Below are positions 42,411 to 52,450 of a stretch of 64,000 bases of DNA, one piece after another; positions within the stretch are counted from its first letter, which is position 1; every line of letters begins with the position of its first letter. The notes beneath the pieces were generated by a model, which was given only the letters and a program-made list of their open reading frames with translations, did not search any database and was not told the DNA's origin. The stretch is from NCBI GenBank assembly GCA_002633005.1, contig NMRA01000055.1, positions 310,001-374,000 on the forward strand, given 5' to 3'. The stretch comes from Phoronis australis (lineage: Eukaryota; Animalia; Phoronida). The position numbers were made by a program, and so were the translations under genes.

Positions 42411-42835
42411 GTGCCTAAACCGTGAGGAGTAAACGATTCAGATTTAGTGGAGTATAGACGGGATAGATGTCGGGACAACTACTGACTGAATATTTATTTT
42501 AGGCGAAAGGTGCGTTAGAAGCGATCGGTTTTAGTTATCTTCATTTTTTATTTAAAAATACATAGCGTTCGCAAGGCCAGCGACTCTAAGTGAGTACAAT
42601 ATATAGAAAATACTACTGGCATAACAGGGCTGAGTAAGTCGAGGATTGTTGGGTGTGCTATAATAATGAATAGTAACCGTCAACGGCTCAGCTGTCACCG
42701 GAGTTGTAAACCGATGACTTTCTTTTGCAGCGGCTGTCCATCACGTACAGTGGGAGGAGCGAAGCCAAGACGAGGCTGAGCTATCAATAATCCATCCTGG
42801 TAGAGGCGAGTGAAACGACCGTAAACAACTGCAAC

Positions 42836-42895
42836 ATGGTCTTACACGTCGCACGAGCTTTTATAGCTCTCGCGACTATCACATTTTTAACACAG
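42836..42895 (+). CDS. Delta: Delta coding exon 1 (signal peptide [20 protein letters not shown])
   Basis: ATG in good context (AACATGG), hydrophobic 20 aa, donor CAG|GTACGT, phase 0 matches the next exon. Confidence 0.88.
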
Positions 42896-45800
42896 GTACG
42901 TTAACGTTTCCCTCGTTTTTTCATTTGGCTTGATGTTGGTGATGGCGCAATTGCAAACGTGAGTTTTAATTGGTAAGGCACACCTTGACCATGAATTTTG
43001 TATATTCGTTCCATTTCAGGTATCGTGTTCAGGTGTAATAAAGATCGAGCTGAAGTCTTTTAAAAACGACCAAGGAGTGGATTCCACCGGAAATTGTTGC
43101 AGTGGTCCCAATACCTCTGGAGTATGTACAGAATCGTGCAAGACATCATTTAGGATCTGTTTAAAACATTTCGAGTACAATCTCACGCCTGATCCGCCAT
43201 GTATATTCGGTGTGTACACCACGGAAGTCGTTGGAAATAACTCGTTCCAAATCTCTGGAAATACGGATACTCTTGACAACCCCAAGTTGTTTCCTTTTAG
43301 ATTTATGTGGCCGGTAAGTAGAAAGTTCATACTCCACTTCAACTAACACCTGAAATACTCTTTCGAACCTGATCACCAAGATTCGAGTCAAAATAAGTCG
43401 TCTAGTTAAAGCGTTTCCCAGTATTTAAAAAGGTCACTTGGCCATTATAAAACAAAGGTGAAGCTTTCCATTAAGGTTGTTGAAAGCTACAGTCGTTGTA
43501 TCGATTGAACTTAAACTCGGTTAACAAAATACAATAATTAAAAGCTCAAGTATGTTATTAATTGCTAACTTTAAAACACTTCTTCCAGGGCGACTTTTCC
43601 ATTGTTTTGGAAGCCTGGCATAACCCGGTTCAGCAAGGTGAGTCGTGTGCATCAATTCACCATTTGGTTTTGAGTACTATACAGTACTCTTCCTTATTAA
43701 AGCCAGACAGCCATGCAAGCGAATGTTGCCGTGTAATGTAATGAGCACACGATGCTATAGAAGATTAACAACAAGCGTATATAGCAGACAGGCTAGGTGT
43801 CTGATTGAATTTTGTGTTTAGACTAAACTTTGTAAAACCAAGCACGAAGATATTTGGCGTGTATGGGGCTCACGCTAAACCATGTTCCCATAAAGTCAAC
43901 GTATACATACATTACACCTTCCATTCTTGACCTGTACGTCAGGCAACGAGAGACAATGTTTTGCTTGTATGCACGTCAAAAGAGATACTCTGTCGTATTC
44001 AACTTAACAAACTAGCACGCCTATTAAACAATTACGTCTATGAATCCCCTGACCATCTGTCGCCACACTAACTAAATTGACAAGACGATCTGTTTACTGT
44101 GGGAAAACCTCAACCTTTACTACCGAGTTCCCAGGTATGCAAAATTGCGACGCATAGGTTGCAGAACTAATGTGTTACACTTGAGGTCTGCACGGTACCA
44201 GCGTCCTAGAAAACCGAGATTGGTATGCATGTGGGAACTGGTCAGGTGGAGTAGGGGGCATATTACCTTGGAGCACTGGGTTTTATGACTTGACGACAGT
44301 GCAACTAAACTGTGCCGGCCTTCATAGCAAGTCTGTGGCAATCAAAAGGATACATATTTGGAGAGAAAAGAAATTATTCCAATAACTCCGAAATGCGCTT
44401 ACGCGCAATTAAAAATATTTAACAGCTATAACACAAACATGCTAGTCAAACGTCCGACATTTTAATGTGCTCGAGTCTAATTGTTCCTTGCTATCTACAT
44501 TGTTGTTATTGTGTTGAATATACACTGAATTACTGTGATGGTGCAAGTTTCGAATTCTTTTGGCTTTCTGGATGTGTTGTACAACGTTGTTGCCGTAAGA
44601 GTTTATGTTGTTACACAAACGGTAGTATGTTTAATAACAAAGCATTTGCAACAAAGGGGTTGCATACCCAGTTCGCTTTTAATAACAATAACCACAACTT
44701 TATAGACTAAACTTGTAACCTGGTATGGAAGAAAGTTTTTTGGGTAATTACCTACAAACAACAATAAACATATTACAATTCCTTTTGCAGGGCCTCCTCG
44801 GTTAATTTCTCGTCTCGCCACCCAGAAGGAATATCGCGTTGGCGAGGACAAGGGGTGGAAAGAGGAAACTCACACTACTCCAAACAGCACGTTACGATTC
44901 CGTTACCAGGTGACGTGTGATGACCACTTCTACGGGGCTGGATGCTCGGACGAGTGCAGGCCTAGGGACGACCTGTACGGTCATTACACATGTACAGAAA
45001 ATGGGACCAGGAGCTGCCTGGAAGGATGGACCGGTCTTTACTGCGATATAGGTAAGGCAAACATTTGTCATCTTGTGAACCGTGTACAGATAACACAAAC
45101 AGTTCACGGTCAGGAATTGTGTTAAAACGGAGAAAAACACCTGTCCACAAGATTTCAAAGTGATTCATCTTGTGCAGTGGCCTAGATAGCCGTTCCATTC
45201 GCTCTCCTATTTGCGCCGACGCATAGGCATTAGACGCACGTTCCTCGCCAGACTGGTGATAACTTGTGGGACAGTTAACGTCAATTTTAACAAAAAAAGA
45301 TCCATACTTAAAATCACGTAAGACATGTTACGAATAAGGACGTTTCGATATGCTTAAGTTGCAAGATTATCTGTCCGAATGAAAACAAAATGTGAGTGTT
45401 GTTTGGATACCTTGACTGAATGAACCATGAATTATTTACAAATATATAGACGGTATTGTCACGCAAACTCATACGAGTGATCGATAAGTTCTTCCTATTA
45501 CACTGCGTGAACACAACAGGAAAGAAATTTCCAACTCAAAAAACGTACTTTTAAGTTAAATTTTTCTACAAAAGTTAATCAGATCCAAGTGCACAAACAA
45601 ATTGAAGAATGGTCGATGAAACCTAAGGGGAGGTCATCCTTCAAATACTCAGTCATACACTCTCTTGCAACAGTATTGTGACTACCCGCCCACTGAACAA
45701 AAGAAATTTCGGAGACATCTGCTCCTTTATAGTGCGACCGACATGTGATAACCACTAGCTACGCTACGCTAACAAAGGATTCCATCACACGACGACACAA

Positions 45801-48800
45801 CTTTTAGCAAACAAAAAAAAACAACTCTCTCATTTTTCTTGGTTTACTCTATTTAAAACTTAAACAAAAATCTGGTGTACGCCACCACATAAGATCGACA
45901 GATATTAATGTTTATTTTAACCCTATCAACAACCGGAGCGTGCTCAACCTATTAACTGCTATAGTGTTTAGTAAGGGGGGGCAAAGCCTTACCATTTTAA
46001 CCAATCAGCTACCGATGCCTTTGTGTGTTCAATGAAATTGGGAACAGCTGACTGGTGTCGGACAGTCCTCTTCTGGAGTAGTCGCGTGGCACGAATTTTC
46101 ATTAATGGGCCACCTGGAAAGATTATCTGTTACTATTGGTATGGGACACGCGAATGCCGTTGTAGTAAACGATCTTGCAAGATCATCTGCTCAGAGGAAC
46201 AAAGGACCAGCTGTCCAGTACATTTCCGCCAGTGGCGGGACGGCATGGCACGCGTTAAACCGGAATTGAGTCGACTGTTAATAATATCAAAATTATATCG
46301 GGAGTACGACAGTCAGTCAAACTGACACAAAGTACAATGCCGAACCCGTAGTCTCCGAAATTTCGAGCAGGAAAATCTTGCTTTCAAAAAACGCACGGTC
46401 AAACCGAATAAATATTTATGTACCGTGATCAATTCTGTGTGCTGAAATGTAAAGAATTCACGCTACACCAAAACTATGGTGACTATCTGTAACGATTTAG
46501 GCACTAGCCAGCAAAGAAAATATTGTAAGATGCCAGCGTGCAGAAATTAGCCAAATCAGCGATAGTTGGGCAGCGGACTCTGAGTGCAACGTCAAATCTT
46601 CGATACAGATAAAACAAATAGGACTCGCCATGGATCCACGGAGAACCAGACTCACGCTGGGCCTCTGTTGATAAAATTAGGTTTCGTATGTCGAGAGGAA
46701 TCGTCTCTAAAGATAATTTGTACTCGGCGAAAAGACATACTATCGCCGGCACACATGTCGGGTTTTAATTTCTTACACAAATGACTTGCGGCTAAATATA
46801 TTTATACTCTATTTTCTCTGTTACAGCTATCTGTTTGCCAGGCTGCCATGCCGAACACGGTCACTGTAGTCGGCCAAATGAATGCAGGTACGATAAGAGA
46901 ATCTAGGTTGATTGTTCTAAAATCTATACACTCATGACGGTGACCCCCACAATGGAAATCGAACTGATCATAGAAATATAAAGAAAACACTTTTGCGGTT
47001 CTTGAAATATCGACTGGCGGCACCTAGTGCAAATATCTGAGTAATATTTTGAATAATTAATTAACTTATGACGTTAGGTTGACTCAAATACTGACCATGC
47101 TCCGTTTTATGTCTATGTTCATAAGTTCATAAAACATACTTGTGTAAACTAATGACTGCAAAATAAACCAAGCCTCTGTGACAGGCGTGATGCTCAAGTA
47201 ATACTGCAGTAAGAATTTGCACCAAATGATTAAGCTTAATCTCTGAAACTCGCAGTTTCGACACTAAATTTAAGTGCATTCAAACAGTGTTTAAAGGGAC
47301 GTCATCGTCATCCATTTAGACGTACAAACTGTATACAATTACTGTTTCATTGTTTAATTGGCCAGGTGCTCAAAGGGGATAGTTGGTTATCAGAGGATAA
47401 ATTGTTAAATTAAAAAATAGTAGTAAATGGTTCCAATCTTTGTTTTAATTGTGTTATCAATGTACACGAGATCAAAAAGAAAACAACCGACATGTTCTCT
47501 TAAAAACATTGCTCAGACGTTAATCAGAACATAACAAGGAATTTATCTAGTCAGAAGATTAGAAAACTGTTTTCTTTGAAAGTTCAGGGCATCAGATGGC
47601 TCCTCTGTGCAGTTATCCGTCTGATGCACTTGGTTAAGCGTTCCCAAGATTTGACAACGATTAACATTTTTTGCCAATAAATATAATAGATATCGTTTCT
47701 TGTTTCAGCTGCAAAGTTGGCTGGGAGGGAAGGCTGTGTGACCAGTGTGTTCGCTATCCAAACTGTGAGCACGGCACGTGCAATGCCCCCTTCCAATGCA
47801 ACTGCAAGGAAGGATGGGGCGGTCTCTTTTGCAATCAAGGTAAGCTTTGTAACAAACGCTGTTTTAAACCATAATTATTAAGCAATGTGATTTATCGGAC
47901 AAAAGTTGTTGCTATGCTTCACTAGAAAGAAAAATTGTTATCTAAGCGTTTTTGTTGGACAGACTTAAACTACTGCACCCATCACAAGCCGTGCCAGAAT
48001 GGAGCTACGTGCCAGAACACGGGAGAAGGCAGCTACACGTGTATTTGTGCTGAAGGCTTCAATGGGACCAACTGCGAGATCGTTGCCGACTCCTGTCAAA
48101 CCCAGCCTTGTATGCACGGGGGGACATGCAAGGTAAGTGAATATCTGCAGCTTGACTCAGTAACCCGGCATTTTCCCACGGTCCCTACACATGTAGCCAA
48201 CATTAATAAGCGTTGAAACAAGACATTTGTAACACCTGGTTCCAAGTCCTACAAATAATCACCTTGATTTATTCACCGCTCAAACCGCGCACTAATTATA
48301 AATGACAAGATGTTGTGCCAGGTCACAGTTATGCCTTACTTTACACAACAAGTTGATTTTATGAAGTAAAATAACCTTTCTCAACGTGAGGCACAGGTGC
48401 AGTTAAGATGACCAACAACACAGTGTAGACTATTCATGAGTGAGAATGAATCTATTACCTGGATTTATTGAGTTTCTATATGGTGCACAACTTATCAGCG
48501 ATTGACAGCTAATGAGGTATGATAATCCAGGAATGCCACAAATTCAGACATGTGTATTGCATTTACATCATTTATTGATTATATTCATTTATTTTTTTGA
48601 TTTCAGAATTCTGGATCAACCTACACCTGTGACTGCCCAACTGGCTACCGAGGTCTTCACTGCGAAATGTCTGCAGTCGGGTGCGAAAATATGCCGTGCC
48701 AACACGGTGGCACTTGTGATGAAGTTGGTAATGGCTATCGCTGCACGTGCCCTCCTGGATGGGCGGGAGTTAACTGTCAAGTGGAAAGGGACGAGTGTGC

Positions 48801-50735
48801 ATCCAACCCATGCATTAATGGTAAGTCAGTGTCAAGTTTTAGACAGCATGTCACTAACCATAGTGCTATAAGAGTATGAGGCTGTGATCTAATTTCCAAT
48901 AAATGGTACTAATCTGTACTTGTAAAAGGTCTCACTTTCATTAGGTAATGTTGCATGACTTGTTATTAAAATTGAACATTTGAAGTACCATTATGATGTA
49001 TCAATACATCATTATGATTGAATGCAACTCGTACATAATGTTTAGAAGTATATAATTATTAACCAATAATAATTAACCAAGCCACATTGACATTAGCATA
49101 ACATTAACTAAACACCTTGTTCCAAATCGCTTTTCATATCTTCCAGTGTTTTACCACATCTCATTTGGCTTTGTTTTAGGAGGAAAATGTGTGGATCGGT
49201 TCAATGGATATACCTGTGTGTGCCCTTCAGGGTACACAGGGAGACGGTGTCAGCAAGACATTGACTACTGTACTGGAGTAAAATGTTTTAATGGTGGCAC
49301 ATGTATTGATGGAATAAACAACTTCAGATGTCAGTGTGTTCCAGGATTTTATGGACCACTGTGTCAAGATAATGTGGATGAGTGTGTTGCCCGACCATGT
49401 GCAAATGGAGGAACATGTCATGATCTAGTCAATGACTTCAGATGTGACTGTGCCCCTGGATTCACCGGAAAGTTCTGCACTCTTCGTTCCAAACTGTGTG
49501 ATAGTAGTCCATGCAAAAATGGCGGTACTTGTACAGATCTTGTTGGCACATACGTGTGTGAGTGCCCAGCAGGCTTTCTGGGCAAGAACTGCAACATGTA
49601 TCCTGGAATGACGACACAAAATAAACCACTAACAGACACGGCCCCTGTAGGCCCAGTGGATGACAGTACCATTTCAGTTGTAACCCATTTGAGTGGACCA
49701 ACGGCAAAAAGTGCAAAAGATAACACAGAACTGTCAACTGAACAATTACTACTTATAGCATGCCTAGGTGCTGGAATACCGATTGTGCTAATAATTATTG
49801 TTCTAATTATTATGCTGTGTCGCCGGCGGCGTTACACATCAAGAGATGAGGAACAAAAGGAAGTAGAAGACAATGAAACAAACAGTATGAACAATAAAAA
49901 TAAGGAGGCTGGTCTGATGCAGCACGCTCCATCTACAAATCTCTCTAGTATCTTGTTGCAAAATGACTCAAACCACTTCAAAACGAACAATGTGGACAAA
50001 TCGAGCAATAAGCAATTAATAAAAGACATTAACACCAAAGTTGTATTAGAGAAAAGTGAGAATTCAGATATTGCACCAAGGAAGGTGAAAGTGGTGGACA
50101 ATGATGCTATCTCAATAGACACAGTCATTGACTTCAGGTGGGTTCATTCTTCATTGTATTTGAAGATCCATATTACATCAATATGCACCTTTGTTGCTTT
50201 TGGTTAGTTCAATATACTGAATAGATGAGCAGCATATTCAGCTAGACCTGACTGGTCTGAATATCTTCAAATCAATATTTCCCAGTGCCTTCAATTTGAA
50301 AGCTCTTATTAGGCATTCAATTATGGCTTTCATAACTGAGGTTAATTATGTGACCTTAAACACTATCCACATAATGAAGTTGCAACTGTTCAAGAGACCT
50401 CACTAAGCTCAAGTTTCACTAGCACATTACTAAACACACTGCTACTTTCACAAAACTATGGGGAAACCAAAACTATAGTGTCATTCCTTTAATGACAATG
50501 TAATAACTGGGAAAGAGACCCCTAGAGACCCCTAGCATTGAACTAATGTTACTCCCGTTTTGCTTACAGTGACTACACAAATGAAGTCTTCACAGTAGAA
50601 GGAAAAGGCCAAGAATGTGCAACATTACAACAGCAACAACACCGGGATGTGCATTCCAGCTTAACAATCCTCTATAACTGTGAAAAACAGCAGAGACACC
50701 AGTATTCAGAAGGCATGGTTGCAACTGAGGTATAG
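42836..50735 (+). CDS. Delta: Delta (DSL-family Notch ligand), 10 coding exons, 787 aa: join(42836..42895,43020..43313,43589..43637,44791..45051,46827..46887,47709..47839,47963..48132,48607..48820,49180..50137,50570..50735)
   Basis: Manual splicing at GT-AG sites gives one open frame of 2364 nt: signal peptide, MNNL/C2 ([27 protein letters not shown]), DSL ([26 protein letters not shown]), 9 EGF repeats, TM helix + RRRR, tail ending ATEV*. No VWC domain, so not Jagged/Serrate. Confidence 0.97.
43020..43313 (+). CDS. Delta: Delta exon 2 (MNNL/C2 domain)
   Basis: Acceptor CCATTTCAG; [17 protein letters not shown]...[12 protein letters not shown]...FPFRFMWP; donor CCG|GTAAGT. Confidence 0.96.
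43589..43637 (+). CDS. Delta: Delta exon 3 ([16 protein letters not shown])
   Basis: Acceptor TTCTTCCAG; conserved GxFSxxxEAWH motif of DSL ligands; donor AAG|GTGAGT. Confidence 0.94.
44791..45051 (+). CDS. Delta: Delta exon 4 (end of C2 + DSL domain)
   Basis: Acceptor CCTTTTGCAG; LISRLATQ...[46 protein letters not shown]; donor TAG|GTAAGG. Confidence 0.97.
46040..46260. promoter_or_regulatory. Putative intronic enhancer (Delta intron 4)
   Basis: Four E-boxes (46045, 46111, 46184, 46208) and three CACGCG cores (46083, 46147, 46249) in ~215 bp. Confidence 0.5.
46827..46887 (+). CDS. Delta: Delta exon 5 (EGF1, N-terminal part)
   Basis: Acceptor TTTTCTCTGTTACAG; [20 protein letters not shown]; donor CAG|GTACGA. 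Confidence 0.95.
47709..47839 (+). CDS. Delta: Delta exon 6 (end of EGF1 + EGF2)
   Basis: Acceptor TTCTTGTTTCAG; [24 protein letters not shown]...GWGGLFCNQ; donor AAG|GTAAGC. Confidence 0.97.
47963..48132 (+). CDS. Delta: Delta exon 7 (EGF3 + start of EGF4)
   Basis: [27 protein letters not shown], the typical Delta EGF3; donor AAG|GTAAGT. Confidence 0.97.
48607..48820 (+). CDS. Delta: Delta exon 8 (EGF4-6)
   Basis: Acceptor TTTTTTTGATTTCAG; [20 protein letters not shown]...[10 protein letters not shown]; donor ATG|GTAAGT. Confidence 0.96.
49180..50137 (+). CDS. Delta: Delta exon 9 (EGF6-9, stalk, TM at 49746-49820, most of the intracellular domain)
   Basis: Lies within the 353-aa ORF; acceptor TTTGTTTTAG; [27 protein letters not shown] then RRRR; donor CAG|GTGGGT (phase 2). 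Confidence 0.95.
50570..50735 (+). CDS. Delta: Delta exon 10 (C-terminus ...[10 protein letters not shown])
   Basis: Acceptor TTTTGCTTACAG; phase-2 join is open to GCA ACT GAG GTA TAG = ATEV-stop, the PDZ ligand known from vertebrate DLL1/DLL4. Confidence 0.93.
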
Positions 50736-52450
50736 CTAGACACCAACTGAAGTATAGCTATACACCAACTCCTACCATATGCAACGTACAGTGCCTTTAT
50801 GGGAAGATGCAATATGTAAATTATAAATATAGTTAAATGTATAGATATTTTCTACCCAACCTGAATGAACTTTTATATGAGATTATTTATTATTTCAAAA
50901 ATGAGAAAGTGATGAGAAATAATGAATGAAAGGTTATGAGATGTAGTGAGCTCTAAGCTCATTTAATTATGCAAGTGAATTGTATGCTAATTTATTCCAT
51001 GTTTTATATAAAACAGCCCAATGTAGTGACAGGTTATTGCATACAGCTGAGCCATGCATTAATAAAAGACCTGAGTGTAGATGAAGAACGTGTATAGCAC
51101 TGCCAAAGCTTTGTTTCTGTAGTAGAAATGTAATGTCTTCAGTCCACACAGGAATCAAATTTGGTCTGCCTCAGTTATTTAATATCTTATAACTACAGGT
51201 CTGTGTCATATATTAAATAATTAGAGCAAAGGGCACTCCTACACCAAAGTCAGTCCTGTGCAATTGCGGAAGTGAATTTACTTAGGTATCTACATATTTA
51301 TTAATGTACAGTGTCCATATTGCTTTTAATTTATTTTTTCGCACAGCTCTGGTCGGTGGACTTGTCAGGTTGCTAGTCGAGTTCCTAGATCACCCACACT
51401 AGTGTACTGGTAATGGGTCAACTTTGCAGACCACTCGGGGCATACGCAATAACCCGACCACGTAGTGACTTTAGCTTTATAAAACAAAATCACACCAAGT
51501 TTCCAATGACAACTTGTGGTCAATTTGGATGTGTGATTTGCTGAGTGCCAATCTTTAATCTAATAGACGTTTGTGTGAGTTTTCTCAATTATTCATTGAC
51601 AAAGACTCTGCACAGTGTGGCCAAGGTGACTTAAACTGGTTTCCAGAGACAAAAGAGCTGTGTGATTTATTTTTGGTTTAACTTTAGTTAAAGGAGTCTG
51701 TGATGTTTTTGTACATACTGTGTATATTTATAAATAGCAGAATCCTAGTGTACATATTACATAATGTATTATTCTATGAAATGATATTTCCATAACATGA
51801 TATAATAGGTCACAGTTTTGACTATTTTTTCAAATACAAAAATCTTGAAATCTGACAACTTGTGTTCAATTTTTGTATACAGAGCTTGGAACTCTGCATT
51901 GGCAGTCCATTTGTTCACACACTTACTTACATTCATTGTTGCGTTTAAAAGCTAAGTTAATGTATAGCAGGAACAAAACCACAATGCTATTTTAACATAA
52001 TTTACACTAAGCAAAGTGCAGTGATATCCACTGACAACTTGTAAATGTGAAAAGAAAAAATTCTGCCAATAGGTGACCATTGCACTAATGCTGTACCTTG
52101 TGGCTCACATAGTCTGCATCATGAAGTGTTGTTCCCCAACACCACGTCAAGTCACGATACTTACTGGACACGGTTGTGTGATTTATGACGGATCATTTTC
52201 CACACAAAACATTTGGCAATTTTCAACGTACTTCATATTCACATTGTGGCTATATGTTGTGTTTCTAACTAATTTGGCCAAGCAATCACAGAGATAAGTA
52301 ATTAGCGTGCAAGTTCCACTTTAAATGCTTTAAATGCATAAAATCTTTTCCATAGACAATTGTATGCTCACTTTGAACGTGTGAGAGTTTCCAACAATAC
52401 ACCGGAATTTAATGTCGCAATAAGACAGCTATTTTTAGAATAAAACTAGA
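50736..52450 (+). other. Delta: Delta 3'UTR (3' end uncertain)
   Basis: AU-rich sequence after the stop; ARE TTATTTATT 50883; Pumilio elements TGTACATA 51710 and 51749; AATAAA at 51061 and 52439. Confidence 0.6.

Noticed and set aside
49227-50128. Antisense ORFs over exon 9
   Set aside because: Shadow ORFs of the Delta coding strand
42836-50735. Jagged/Serrate or Notch identity
   Set aside because: Only 9 EGF repeats, no VWC, LNR or ankyrin domains; DSL plus ATEV fits Delta
51485-51540. 3'UTR hairpin as a pre-miRNA
   Set aside because: Large asymmetric bulge and short stem are atypical for Drosha/Dicer substrates; kept as a cis-element candidate
52012-52034. CAGTGA loop as an iron-responsive element
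   Set aside because: The flanks do not form the 5-bp upper stem with a bulged C
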